From Geosiphon pyriformis uo1 (Eukaryota; Fungi; Glomeromycota): a stretch of DNA of 64,000 bases. Positions 35,301-50,205 of this stretch are shown in pieces. The translations under genes were made by a program, and so were the position numbers. The notes below the pieces were generated by a model. It worked only from the letters and a program-made list of their open reading frames with translations. It was not told where the DNA came from and ran no database searches. The first letter of the stretch is position 1, and every line of letters starts with the position of its first letter. The stretch spans positions 370,984 to 434,983 of the forward strand of contig JAAOMT010000200.1 of the NCBI GenBank assembly GCA_016748015.1, in the 5' to 3' direction.

Positions 35301-38300
35301 ACTTATACCAGAAATTTCAAATTAGCTGAACTAAAAGCCAATTATACTTAAGTTATTAACCTAGTAATAAATAAATCATCTGATATGAATTCCAAGTTGA
35401 AACAATTCAGTAATTTTATTAACCAGAAATTGAAGGGATACTTAGCTAACAATCAAGCAATATATTAATCTGCACAATGTTGTAACCTTCCAGAAATCTT
35501 CAATCAGTCTTAAAATTAGTCACATCTTTTTTTATTATCAACTCATTAATTGTGGCTACAAGAGATGTGTATCTGCTATAATTGTAGTAAACAAAGTTAT
35601 ATAAGGGTTGATTGCCATGCCAAAATTAATAATCAATGACCAGAAAATTAATATTAAAAACCCAATTACTGATTTTAAATTCTAAATTATCAATTAAGTC
35701 AAAGATCATATCAACTTTATTACATTTCAATAATACAATAAACAATATATTTACTGCCAATTTATTAGTTTCTAGCACCAGTAATTTATCAACTACAGCC
35801 ACAGATTATCTATCAACTCCAACTATTTCAAACACTACCACAAAACTCAGCTAAAATAACACTCAGAAACCAAAGACTAAGAATTATTTATACTCAACAA
35901 AACTGGATATTGGTGATAATTATGTACCAACCAATTTTCAGTTCATTAAATCAACTATTAAAATCATATTAGTAGAGTTCAAGAACTGAATACAACCAAA
36001 ACCTGAATTTCCAGAACTATTTAAGTTTCTTGATTATTCCAGAAAACACCCAATTCAACAAGCAGAAACCCAAATAAACTCAACTACTTACCAATAATAT
36101 TCCATCAGCAACTATTACTGAGAATAAATTATTATCACCATCTTCCTTTTTGAACTTAAGAAATCAGTTAAAATGCTTCTATTTAATAGAACTGCCCTTA
36201 AAGCAAAACCAATTACCATAATGTACATTAATGTAAAAGTTAATGGCCACTCTATTAAGCTAATTCTTAATAGTAGATTAGTAAGCAGTATTATTACATA
36301 ACAACTTATGAACCAATTAAGTTACTAAGTTGATTGCGCTGTTAGTACTAGGATTATTGTCAATAGAGTAATAAAAATGCCCATTGATAAGATTGACAAC
36401 TTTTAGTTCAAAGTCAATAACATCAAAGTATTAATTAAGATATTGGTAATAGAAGTCATGCAGTACCAAGCTTTTATTAGTAATAACTGGCTGTCCAAAA
36501 CTAATGTGGTGCTTTACTAAAATATCCAAGAGTTACAGTTTAGTTATAATGATTTGCAAACTCAAGTACTTGTTACTTGTGATTACTTCAAACCAACCAC
36601 AATACAATTACAACCACTAATTGAGTTTGAAGAAAAAAAAACAAATCTACTTGAAAAGCCTATCAAGTTTTATAGACCAAAGAAAAACACAACAAATTAT
36701 TATCTGTATTTAGTTGGGAAGAAAAAAAAAAGTGAAGGAAAGGGAAAAAAAACATCCTAAGCAACTATTTCTATATATATTCTATATATCACTTATCAAA
36801 AACAATTAAATTATTGCTGAACCAAATTAATTTGCATCAATTGTAGCAAAATTGTCAACAATGAGCACATACTGTAACAATAATAAGAAAAAACCAATAG
36901 TAACTAAGTATCACTGTCATCCATGTATTTTTAAATGCTTTGGATGGCCAAAAAAACAAGAAAAATAGAACAACAAACCATGTTTTGCTTGTAAAAAAAC
37001 TCTTCTAAACAAAGGAATATGGAACAACATTCCTAATTATAGAGAAACATATGATAAATTGTGTTAGCAAATGATTCTAATTAGCAATTGGGTAAAAAAA
37101 GAAATACCAATAAACACTTCCTGAACAAAAACTGTAAAACATTTGAATGGGTGTTTACAAAATGATGACAAAATCTGAAAAATAACAATTGCCAAAATTG
37201 AAGATATGATCTCAGAAAAAATTAAAAGAATTAAAAACAATCTACCAAAATCCAAAAAGATCATTTAGATTCCAAACTCTGATATTATCTTCAACATTAT
37301 GAATTCAGAACAATTCTATGAACACTACCAAGAATTGGCACCCACTAAAAAAAACAAAAGCAATAGTTAGAAGAGTTAAACACCCAACTATGTAATTATT
37401 GTTTAATACTATATGATTTTAAGTATTGTAATAAGTATGATCTTATTTACAATCCACTACCACAAATGATTTATTCAATCTCTGAAAAGAAAAAACCAAT
37501 TAGCAAGTACACAGTAGAATTAGAATCAAAGTTTAATCCCAATTCAGACTTCAATAATAACAATAACAATAGTTCTAATTCTGTTTACTATAGCAATAAC
37601 AACAATGATTTAAACTCTAATTATAACTCTATACAATATATTACACTTCCAGATCTGTTAATAGAACAAAAACTAAAATGGTTCAGCAATAATAAGGAAG
37701 GTATTATATCAGAACATATACATAATACCAATACAAGGTTTAATCTCAGATATCTAAAAAAAACAGCTATCAAATTAGAATCATGTTTACATATCAACAT
37801 TGATCTGAAAATAGCACTGGAAATTCTAGTAACAATGGTTCAATTAATATTGAGATCTAGTTTAACAAAGAAAAAAATCAGCATCAGAGAAGAAATAATT
37901 GATGCAAAATATGTAGAAAATATTATTATAATACTATAAAATAAATTAAAAAAACCATATATAATTAAACCAAATGAAAAAATAGCACAGGCAATATTCC
38001 TATTTCTGATAAAAACAGCTCAATTAGTACTAGTAAAAACAAAAAAAGAATTAGGGATCACAGCCAGAAGAAAAAATGGATTCAGATTCACAGATAGAAT
38101 AAACATATTAGTTAATATAGCAAAGAAAGAAACAATTAATAAGAGAGAAATTATCTTCACCCATTAATCAATCTTTATCTTACCATATGATCAGTATATG
38201 TTAATAATAAAGAGAAAAATAAGGGACCAGCTCCAGATTTTTGAAGCAGAACCAACTATTTGTGAATTAGAAAAGATTGGAATTACCAATCTTTACATAC

Positions 38301-39956
38301 TAGTCAAGAACTGTAAACACATCAAAATTTTTATCTACAACACAATTGGAGATATCATCAAAATACCAAGTAGAATTACCATTAAATACTTGAACACTAA
38401 AATTGAAAACCAATCACCAAACATTATTTCAGATTTTCTACAACTGTGCAGATATGTGAATATTATATTACAAACCATATACAGATGAAAAAAATGTTAT
38501 TTGCTCTAATCAGAACAATTAGACCAAATGAACTTAGAAAACTTAGACCCACTTCAACATATACAGCTCAAAATGTTACTCAATAATTTTACTAATATCT
38601 TTGTTAGTGAAAACAAATTTGACAGAACCAATATTATCTAGCATTAGATCAAAACTGAAGATACTATGTCAATTAAACAACAAGCATATAGAGTACTACC
38701 AGCAAGTCATAAAATCATTTAACAAAAAATTAACAGAATGTTAAACAACAGATTAATTCAATTATTAATGAATTTATAGTCATTACCAATAGTACTTGTT
38801 TAGAAGAAGAATGAAAAAATCCACTTTTGTGTAAATTACAGAAAACTCAACAATGTTACTTATAGAAACAGCTATCCAATTTCATGAATTCAAGAACTAT
38901 TTAATGCATTTGGAGGAAAGAAATGGTTTTTAATATTGGATCTAAACAGTGATTACTGGTAAGTAGTAATAAGTCTAACTAACAAAAAGAAAACAGTGTT
39001 TACAACTAGAGAAAGAAACTTTGAATTTGATATTATGTCTTTTGGCTTAATAAATACTCTAGCTACCTTTCAATGGTTTATAAAAATTGTTTACACCAGA
39101 TTACTATAAAAATCAGTAGTGGTCTACTTGGATAACATTAATATATTCTTAAAAACATTTAACAATTATTTCTACTATCTTCAACAAGTGTTTAAAAGAC
39201 TAAGAAGAACCAAATTAAAATTAAATACAAACAAGTGTTTCTTTAGCAAAACAGAACTCAAGTTTTTAAAATATGTTATAAGTAAAGACAGCATCAAAAT
39301 GGATTCAGATAAGATTGAGATAGGCAAAAACTTTCTAGTACTAACAAATCTTACAGAATTAAGAGCATTCTTGGAATTTGCTAGATATTATTGCTATTTT
39401 ATCCAGAACTTCTCCAAACTGGCTCAACCACTTTACCAGTTCCAAGTAAAAAATATAAAATAGCAATGAACTGAAACTTAACAAGAAGTTTTTAACATAT
39501 TGAGAAGAAAACTTATTCAAGCATTAGCATTAATCTATTCAGATTACAGCAAACTATTTATTATTACTACTGATGCATTAAATTAAGCATTGAAAGCAGT
39601 ATTATTACAAAAAAGACCAGATTAAAGAGAACATCCAATAGTATACACCAGCCAAAGCTTAAGTCCAACTAAAAAAAACTATAGAACTTCAGCATTAAAA
39701 CATTTGGCTATCTATTAGGCTGTCATCAAATAGAAAAAATACTTAAGTCAAAAGTTTAATGTATATACTAATCACAAAGGATTAACATTAATCCAAAAGC
39801 AAAAATTTACAGATAACTATCATGTAAGATAGAAAATAAAACTATTACTATTTAATATACAGTATATTATAAAAAAAGAAAAAAAATAGAAATGCCAATA
39901 GTTTGTTACAAATAAAACAAATCTAAAAACATTTCAACCCAAAAATATAACAAAAA

Positions 39957-41324
39957 ATAAATACACAAAAATATCAACAACTCTAACATTATATTAATAC
40001 TCAACAGTTCAAGAAGAAATTATCTTTAAAGAAACAAAACAACATAAAACAACAAGCAAAATATTTCATCACTTATTAAGATATATTATATCAGAAGAAC
40101 AAAAAAAATCCAGATTAGCCATTCAGAATAATCACAGAATCAAAAAAAGAAACAATACTATTTAATATACACTTAGATCCAACAGCAAGACATTTTTATA
40201 AAGAAGCAACCATAGAAAAAACCAGAAAAAAATATTATTGGCAATCTATATATTCAGATATTATCCAATATGTTCAAAATTGTAATGCTTGTCAGAGAAG
40301 AGAAAAAACAAGATCCAATAAACTACTAAGACCAATTAAAGTAGAACAATTATTTGATCAAATTGAAATTGACTTAATTGAACCATTAACAATAACTAGT
40401 AGAGACAATTATTATATAATAATAGTCATAAATTATCTCACAAAATGGCCAGAAGCAAAAACAATACAAAAAGCAAATGCAAAATTCATAGCCAAATTTG
40501 TTCACCAAGATTTGATTTGTTAATACAGATGTTCAAAAAAATTATTATCAGATTAAGAAACTCATTTTGTGAACAAAACACTAACAGAATTAAGTCAAAG
40601 ATTTGGAATTAAAAGACTATTATTATCATTATATTATTCACAAACAAATGGCTTAATAGAAAAGTTCAACAGAACATTGTATAAAGTAAGAATAAAAATC
40701 AGTTAAAAAAACCAAAATAAATAGAATTTGTTTATATCATTAGTATTATTTGCTTATTGAACAATAAAACAAGATACTACACAAGCAATATTATTTAAAT
40801 TTGTTTATAGTAAAACAGCAATATTACCAGTGGAGATAAATATTAATATATATTCAATAAAATCAATAACAAAAGCCAATTTTCAAAAAACATACAAATT
40901 AATAAAAACATTGAAAAACAAAAGATAAAGAGCAGCTGATAACATTCAAAGATCACAAAAAAAACAAAAAGAAAGACATAATAACTAATTACCAAATAAA
41001 CCAATTGAATTTAAGTTTAGAGACAAAATACTCTTATATTATACCAAAGTAGAAAAACAATAGAATGGAAAATTTAACTCCAAATGGGATGGACCATTTT
41101 ACATTGAAAAAATTCTAGAAAATGGAGCTTATAAATTAAAATAGGACAAAAAAATCTTAGCTAAAACAGTATATAGAGATCAGCTAATACTATTTCACAA
41201 TATAGTATTAGCATCCACCAATAATATTTTACAACTGGAAGTACAAAGAATACTAGTTAAACCAAATAAGATTCTACAAAATCTAAAACCAATTATTATT
41301 ATTAAAGCAAATACATCAATGTAA
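39957..41324 (+). pseudogene. Family B integrase
   Basis: YYWQ..CNAC, TKWPEAK, FNRTL, KWDGPFYIEKILENGAYKL; start decayed to ATA. Confidence 0.88.
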
Positions 41325-41370
41325 TTTATTATAACAGTATATAAAAAACCAGCATGCATGACAAAAAAAG

Positions 41371-42027
41371 ATGAAAATTACCAATAACATCTACTCATTT
41401 ACACAACAACTATTACAACTGATTTAACAACAGGAATTAAGCTTAGAAATTACCATTAATAAACACATAATTTAATACAAAAACAAAGAAATAATGTGAA
41501 AAAACCAAACTAAAAAGTGATATTTTAGACATTATACTTTTAAGAACACAATAGATAAGATAATGAAAAAGATAGAAAAGACATTAAAAATTTTAAGAAT
41601 ATTAATACCAGAACAAGAATTGATTTTAGAAAATTGAAACCAATAGATACAATAAAATCCAAAAAAATTTTGTTACTATTAGTTAAAACAACAATTAAGT
41701 ATTAAAAACTTATATATTAACAAAACAAAAAAGAAATTTGATCCAATTTGACTATAACAAATTGAACAACTTGTCAGAAAAAACAATTTATTCACATATA
41801 CAAGAGCCATTTACTAACTATAGATGGAATTTCAAGACAGACCAGAAATATTACTATACTTAATAATAGATACTGTAATTATTAATTAATTGGAAAAATT
41901 AATCAATATCTAATTTAAAAAATTACAGACCAAAATTACAAAAGCTATTTTGAAGAAAAAAGTTATGAAATTAATCTAAAAGAGAAATCTAGAAAGTTTA
42001 GAAGATTTTAATGGAGCTCAATATTAA
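41371..42027 (+). pseudogene. Family B ORF3
   Basis: MKITNNIYSFTQQLLQLIxQQELSLEITINKHIIxYKNK is homologous to family A ORF3; ends DFNGAQY-stop just before the PPT. Confidence 0.65.
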
Positions 42028-42998
42028 AAAGAGAAAATAATATTAAAAGTATTATATAGTTAAAAGAATAGCCAATCAGAAATAAGCATAGTAACAGAGA
42101 AATTCTAGGATTCTTTTAAGAAAATTACAGAATTTCTCTAAAAAAATTACAGAATTTCAGAATCCCAAAATTCTTCATAAGGAATTGCAGAATTGCAGAA
42201 TTTTAGGATTCCAGGAATTTTGTATAATACCAATTATATATATATAACAGTAGTATTAGAAGCAAAAAATTCAGAATTCAGTTTAATTTCAATTTAATAT
42301 TTTTTTTTTTATCTATTAATTAATTCTCACTTTATGAATAATTAATATTTACCAAAGTAAATTCATTAACAAAATATTAAATAAAACATACTTTTTATTA
42401 TCTAATCTATATTACTATTGTTTGTTTAAGCATTTAATTACTTTTTTATTTATTAATACTTTATGTTGATAACATTTAACACTTAATTACACTGAAACAA
42501 TAGCTCTTAATCATGGCTATTAACAGAATATTAAGTTCTTTTTTTTATTTTTTTTATTTTTATTTTTTTATTTTATTTTATTTTATTTTATTTTATTTTT
42601 TTATTTTGTTGTTGATTTATTAACTAATTAAAAAATTAATGTATAGAGTATTGATGTTAAAAAATAGCACTAATAAAAAACTCAGAAATAAGGATAGACA
42701 CTCAGAATTAAGAATAACTTATCAGAAAATACTAGCTATCAAGCTGAAAAAAAAATTAATGAAATATAGATATTCTAAAAAGTGATGGGCACCAAAGCAT
42801 ACCAACTCAAAGGTTGAGAAAGAAAACTTAAAATATTACCAAAAGATATTATCATTAAATCTCTGTTTATTATATAAAAAACTCCACTAAAACTTTTAGA
42901 TATAAAAATCTTTAGATATTATTAACATTATCCAGTTATTGAACACCAAGTTACAGATTTGTTATTTGTTTTTAGACCCCAAATAATCATCTGTAACA

Positions 42999-45678
42999 AT
43001 GTTTTTTAATGCTACATAGAACAGAGCTCTTTTATACTTAGACAGTTATTTATATGATAAAAATGAAATCTTGCAAATAATAAGTGTCAAAGTTGAAGAC
43101 ATTTTATTCAATAAAATACTTGTTATTAAAAATAACCCACCAGAATCTGTTAAAATTATTCTCATTCCAAACTCAGATATTTTTGTTAATATTTTGAGTA
43201 ATTTAAAACAATTTTATAAACATTGTTACAGGTAAACTGGATAAGATATAATGGTAACATTTGGTGCTTTATTTTTGGGTTTTTCAAGGTTGTCTGTTTT
43301 TTCTACAGTGTCAGTGTTATCAGTCTTTAAAGGTCTATTCCTGGATGTAAGTCTACCCACTAAGTTCTTTGGTTATAAAGCATAGAGTTTGTCTTTCATT
43401 AAGTGCAACTTTTTCCATAAATGTGAGCTTTCTTCTTCATGCTAACAAGCACAGTTGTTAAGATCTGGCATTGTCTTTTCACTTTTCTGGTAAGCTACCA
43501 AGATAACATTAATATCCAAAAACTTAGGGGAAGCTTTCCTCTTTTACCAGGCTATTACAAAGTCTATTCTAAAATAGTCAATTTTTTTATGTTGCCGCTT
43601 CAAACAAAAAGAAGAAAAAAAATTAGTTATCATCAATTGCCATGATCAAGAGCAATTGGTCCAAATTGTTAAGGGTTCAAGACATTTATGCTAATGACAT
43701 CTGTTCTGGAACAAAGGTAAGAAATACTGATTTTAATTTCAATTAAAATCTGTAAGATTAGAGAACATGAATTGGTAAATTGGATTTTTTTGGGTTTTTT
43801 TTGATAATTATTGTATTTTAGACTATAAATATATAATAAGTATAATATAAAGTAAAATTGATTGCTAACTAACTGTCTTTTCAACTTCTATAACTACTTG
43901 CTTTTATACATTATTTTAGTTTTACAGGATTGCTTTTAATTGCTTTATTATTGCTAACTATTGTTTTGTTATTGCTAGTTATTGCTCTTTATTGCTAGCT
44001 ATTGCCTGTTATTGTTAGCTATTGCTCATTATTGCTAGCTATTGCTCATTATTGCTAGCTATTGCTTGTTATTACTAGCTATTGCTCATTATTGCTAGCT
44101 ATTGCTTATTATTGCTAGTTATTGTTCACATTTGTCCTATGTTACTTTAAATTGTACCACGTTTTTCTTGTCATGTTTCTTTGTCATGTTTTCTCATAGC
44201 TTTTTGGTTTTTTTACTTGGATAACAACATTATTAAAATCTAGCACCTACTAAAAAAAAGTAAAAACAATATTTAGAACAATTAAACATTAGACTCTGTA
44301 AACATTGCTTAATTTTTAATAACTTCGAATATTATAATAATTGTAATCTTATTTACAATCTATTACTACATATAATCTATTCAATTTCCAAAAAGAAAGA
44401 ATCAATCAGCAACTGCACTTCAAAATCAGAATTGAAATTTAATTATAATTTAGATTCTAACAATAACAACAACAATAGTTTCAATACTGTTTATTATAGC
44501 AACAATAATGACAATAATTCAAACTTCAATTTTAACTCTGAACAATATATTGTGTTTCCAAATTTTTTACAAAAACAAGAACTTAAATGGTTTAGTTATA
44601 ATAATAAAAATATTATACCAAAATATACACACAATACTAATGTAAAGTTTGATCTCAAATATTTTGGAAAAACTACTATTAAATTGAAATTTTACTTATA
44701 TATCAATATAGATTTAGGAAAGCTAAGAGATTTAGAAAATCTTAATAGAGCTCAATATTAAAAAAAAAAAATATTGCTCATAGAAATTAGGAATTATAAT
44801 AAATAAATTAAATAGCCAATTAAAAATAAGCATAATAGAAAAAAAAATTATAAGATTTTTCTTAAAGAATTACAAGATTCCAAAATTCTAAAATTCCAAA
44901 ATTTTTTTTAAAAAATTGCAGAATTCCAGATTTTGAATTCTAAAATTTTTTGAAAAATTGCAAGATTTCAGAATTCCAGAATTTTTTTTAAAGAAATTAA
45001 AAAATTTCAAAAAATCTTGTATAATATAAATTATGTATATATAATAAAAGTATTAAAAGCAGAAAAAGTATTTAATAGAGTTTAAATTAATTTAGAATAA
45101 CAATACTTTTTTTTTCAAAAGATAGTTTTTTATAATTTGAAATAAAATCACATTAATATCAATAAAATATCTAATTATTATCTAATTTATATTATCATTA
45201 CTTGATTAAAAAAATATTAATTACTTTCATATTATCAATATTCTATATTAATAAAATCTAATATTTAATTATATTGGATCAATAGTTTTTGATTATGACT
45301 ATTAATGAAATACTAATTTTTTATTTTCTTTTGTTTTGTTTTTTTATTGTTTACTAATTGATTAAAAGAATTAAATACTAAGTATTAGACATCAAAGATA
45401 GCTTAATAAAAAATCCAAAAACAAGAATAGAAAACTTAAGCATAACTTATTAGAAAGGCAAAACTGTTATAATAAACTGGTCACCATATTAAAAAAAAAT
45501 TCACAAAAGAAATCATCAATTAAATTTCTGTTTATTATACAAAAGACTCAATCAAAACCTTTAAACTTCAAAATCTTTAAACTTCAAAATCTTCAAAAGT
45601 TATCAACATTTTCAGCTATTAAACACCAAGTTACAGATTTTTTATTTGTTCCAAAATTTCAAATAATCATTTATAATA
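42999..45678 (+). mobile_element. 3' part of an internally deleted family B element (Cys-rich domain, dUTPase N-terminus joined to 3' end, LTR 44772-45678)
   Basis: LYLDSYLYD and CKHCL motifs; junction near 44715 to gagctcaatattaa plus A-rich PPT; family B LTR follows. Confidence 0.8.
43224..44226 (-). repeat. Solo LTR of family A type with 4-bp TSD ACAT
   Basis: TGTTA..TAACA; acat at 43220-43223 and 44227-44230; homologous to 7782-8865. Confidence 0.92.
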
Positions 45679-48071
45679 CTATCAAAAAGTTTTTAAGTCT
45701 TATTAGTAGTTTTTATCAAAAAGAAAAATAGCAAGATTAAATTTTTGTAAATTATTGTCAACTTAACAATATGATAATTGGAAATGCATATCCTTTTTCA
45801 AAAATTAATAATATGCTAAATGCTCTTAGAAAAGCCAAGTTTTTTTCAACTTTAGACTTAAAAAATAGATAATAACAAGTTAAAATGGACTTTAAGGATT
45901 GCCCAAAAACAGCATTTACTACATAAAAAAGAAACTACAAGTTTAATATTATGCTTTTTAAACTCTGTAATATTTTAACAACATTCTAGTGACTAATAAA
46001 TATTGTTTATAAAAGACTTTTATGGCAATTAGTAGTTGTTTATCTTAATAATACTAATATCTATTCTCTAACTTTTGAAGTTTATTTGATCTACTTATAA
46101 GAAGTATTTCAACAATTATAGAAAACAAAATTAAAACTAAACATCAAGAAATATCACTTCAGAAAAACAAGCTTAATTTTTCTAGAACATATTATTACCA
46201 AAGATAAAGTTTAATCAATCTAGGAACAATTAGTGCTGTTAAAAATTTTTAAACTTTTCAAAATATTACAGAATTAAAAAGATTTATTAAATTAATCTCT
46301 TACTATTAAAAATTTATCAAAAAATTCTCTGAAATAACAAAACTCTTTAATTATATAACCAATAAAAATATATTATATCAATAAACTAATGAACAGCAAA
46401 AAATATTTAATACTCTAAAGAAAAAAACTTATTACAGCTTCAATTTTTGTCTACTTAGATTTTAGTAAAAGATTTTAGTTAACCACTAATGCTTTATATA
46501 CAGATTTTAGTACCATCTTATCACAATTAGATAACAATAGCAATAAACAAGTAATTGAATATGCCAGTAGAATACTTAAGCCAACAGAACTCAAATATGG
46601 CTTAACTAAATTAAAAACAGTAGCCATTATTTGAGCACTTAAACATTTTTAACAATATCTTCAAAATAGATCTTAATTTAATATTATTACTGATAATATT
46701 GGCCTCAAATAATTTAATAAAAAGAGTTCTAAACTCAATACAAAACAATTCTGATAAACTGATTTTTTTGTTAATTATAAATACATTGTGCACTATAAAC
46801 CAAGAAAATTACACACAAATGTTAATAGTTTTTCCAAAATAAAGCAAGATTGAATTAATACCAATAATCTAATAATTTTACAAACAAATTAATAACAAAA
46901 CAATGGATTCCAAAAACTACAACAACATTAAAAATTATTTGGAAATTCTCAAAATACCAGAATATTGGTTTTTAATTAAAAAACACTGATTACAAAACCA
47001 AACAAAATAATACTTTATCTATTACAACAAAATTTATTACTAAAATCACAAAAATTCAACAAATTTATTCAGATTAATCTAACAAAATAAAAAAAAACTA
47101 TTTTATACAACATATATACAAACTTGTTATTAATATACTTAAAACAAGATAATATAATTGAAAAAATACTTGAATATTATTTTCGATTATACATATACTA
47201 AAACATTCAACAATATATAAAATTATGTAATAGTTGTTAAAAAAAAAGAAATTTGTTCTATTGAATCTTTAAATCCAATTAAAGTTGAACAACTTTTTAA
47301 CAAAATAGAAATTAATTTAGTCAAATCATTATATCACCACTTAAAAAAACTATTATATTACAATTACAATAGATTATTTTACCAAATGGTTTAAAGCCAA
47401 AGCCATTTAAAAAACAAATGCAAAATTAATAGCAAATTTTATTTATGAAGACATCATTTATAGACATAGATATCTAATTAAACTTCTATTCAATCAAAAA
47501 ACACACTTTGTAAACAATTTAATACAAAAAATTTGTAAATAATTTAATATTAAACAACTTTTATTATTACTATATTATTTATAAACTAATAGATTAATAA
47601 AATGTTTCAACTAAATATTATGTAAATTACTAGCCAAAGTTTCAATTAATTTTAAGCAAAAATGAGTTATTTTTATTCTATTAGTGTTACTAGCATATAA
47701 AATATTAAAACAAAATACAATAAAGCACATATTATTTGATTAACCTATGAAAAAACAACAATGTTATCAATTAATTTTACTGTAGAAACATATTTAATAC
47801 AACTCATTATTAAAAAAAATTTCTAAGAAATATTTCAACAAAAAGCTTATATTTTTTTTAATACATTGGAAAAAAAACAATAAATTGTAATTACTTATAT
47901 TAAACACTTTCAAGCTCAACAAAAAAAATGGCATAACAAGAAATTGCTATTAATTATTAATGAATTTAAAGTTGGAAACAAAGTTTTATTACACAAAACT
48001 AAAGCTAAAAAACAATAAAGTGAAAAATTTAAACATAAATAAAACAGATTATTTTATATTCAAAAAATTTT
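45679..48071 (+). pseudogene. Decayed RT-RNase H-integrase fragment of family C type
   Basis: Collinear with 52900-50550; RNase H stop at 46851, integrase ATG at 46903. Confidence 0.8.
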
Positions 48072-48844
48072 AAATTCATAACATAATACTTAATAGCTAA
48101 TAATAATAGTAATTTCTAAAAGTTTTGAAGTCTAAAGATTTTAGTTGAGTTCTTTGTATAATAAACAGAGATTTAATTAATAGTTTTTCTCAATTTTTGT
48201 TTTCAGCATAATAGCTGGTTTATTCTAACAGTTGTGCTTTTCTAGTAAGCTATTCTTAAGTTTTTTTACTTTTGTTTTATGGATTTTTTACCAAACTATC
48301 TTTAATATTAATAACTTAGTGCTATTACAGATAATTATTTAAAGTGTTAATACAAATAACAAATCTGTAACTTGGTGCTTAATAGCTATTAATATTGGTA
48401 ATTTCTAAATGTTTTGGAGTCTGAAGATTTTGGTTGAGTTTTTTGTATAATGAACAAAGATTTAATTGATGGTTTTTTCCATGAATTTCTTTTTTTAGCA
48501 TGGTAACTAATTTATTTTGGCAGTTATATTCTTTGTTACTGGAGGTTTTTGGTCTCTTCTTAGCTCTTATATGTTTGTTGTAATGCTGTTAATTCACGAT
48601 TATGGGAAGTGTTTGAACCTCTGATAACTGAATTTATCTTCAAATTATCTCCTATAATTTGAACTGCTGGACTTATAAGTGGAATGGCCAATTCCATGCC
48701 AGTTGCTTTGTGTAGTTACATTATAATAAACATCAACTCTTTCTCAGGAATTGCTCATCTGGAAACTCACTAAAATGTGTAGTTACTTTGCTGTGAAAGT
48801 CAACTCTTCTACAGGAATCTTGTCTATAGGCTATTCTAATAATT

Positions 48845-48876
<32 letters not shown>

Positions 48877-49526
48877 AAATGTAAAAGAAATAGAATTCTG
48901 TCAAGGAAAACGTTTTTTATCCAGGCCTGGAGTCACTAACAGTTTACTGAAATTGGTAGCTAATCAATTTCAAAATGTTAGTTGGGTTTTGAGGATTTTC
49001 CAAGTGCAATAATTAAAGAATTTGGTTTTTCGAATTATTTGATATTTATTTCTTTTTTGTGTGTATAGGAATGGTTCTAAAAGGTAAATCTAAAGTAAGA
49101 TACATTTTTTCGAAGAGAAAAGCTCTTCTTTTATATAACTTGTCGTAACACTATTCTATAAACTTGAACTTTGTTCTTTTCTACAATTTTGCTAAACTAA
49201 AGATACATTTTGGCAAACTACAAGTTATTTCTGCAAACTATTAGATATTTTAGTGAACTATCAATTATTTTGGCGAATTTCTACAAATTTCAGCAAACTT
49301 TTGAATGTTACATATTTCGGGGTATTGCATGATTGATCATTGCACTTAGGTTACATTTGTGTTATGTACAAATTGGGTTATTAATTAAATGATAATTTCA
49401 GACATTTTGCTAATATAATAAGTAATAATTTGAAATGATAATATATGCTAATTAATGATAAGATTTATAAGAGTAATTTCATGTTAAATAATATCTCTAA
49501 TTTTGTCTGGTAACATAATCTCCTTC

Positions 49527-50205
49527 TCAAGACTGAGCTCCGTCGAAGTCCAAGTACTGTTTGTCATTTCCAGATAATAATTCAAAATTATTGAAGAAAT
49601 TTGGTCTGAAAATTGTTGAAATTTCAGTTCTGTGAGCTTTCCAATGTATTGAATCTTCAAAGGCTGTAAAATTGGGTTTTGTAAGACATTTTCACAGGTG
49701 TGAAATAGGTCATAAAGTCTAAGAGCAGCTCTTAGTTTATAATGACTGTTTGTAGATCCAGCTGTTGTCTTGAATTCATTGTGAAATTGTTTCCGAATAG
49801 CTTCTTTTGTGATGTTTGCTACTGTAAGCTCCCATTTTTGTTCGTGAAGTGTTTTTCCAATGTAGAAATATCTATATATTGGAGTATAGTTGTAGTTTTC
49901 TTCGTTAAGACACAGTTGAAGTTTTTGTTAAATAGTAGCATTTGACAGAATACTAATAGGAGTGAGCATTAAGTTTTCTCTTAAAGCAAGCTTTAAAAGT
50001 TCTGGCAAATGAATTTCAGAATAACTTCTTGTGTTCTTCTTATATGGGTGATATTTTTGTGAATTTGGGGCTAAATTTGTAACTACTTCTGTTTGGGTAT
50101 AATTAATGTGGTTTCCAGTAACAGTAATAGATAATTCAGATATTGTTTTTAAAGCTAACATTAGTTTTTGGAATAATTGTTGAATGTTTTAAGGAATAAT
50201 TATTA
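49527..50205 (-). pseudogene. Family C ORF3
   Basis: NIQQLFQKLMLALKTISELSITVTGNHINY..YKLRAALRLYDLF..YIGKL; N-terminus patterned like A and B ORF3. Confidence 0.6.

Larger units (their letters stand above)
32933..42998 (+). mobile_element. Full-length family B Ty3/Gypsy element, heavily decayed
   Basis: LTRs 32933-33854 and 42041-42998; PBS from 33855; gag ~33919-35630; protease ~36200-36580; Cys-rich domain ~36600-37500; dUTPase ~37680-38100; RT-RNase H ~38560-39926; PPT ~42026-42040. No matching TSD. Confidence 0.92.

Noticed and set aside
31412-43002. gtgt before LTR B1 and atgt after LTR B3 as a TSD of a three-LTR element
   Set aside because: The right flank reads as decayed Gypsy coding sequence (TPFDAAWNRAL-like), not the interrupted LINE, and B3 resembles B2 rather than B1; probably coincidence.
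43950-44125. Regular repeats resembling a CRISPR array or telomere
   Set aside because: Contiguous ~10-bp units without unique spacers, lying inside an LTR.
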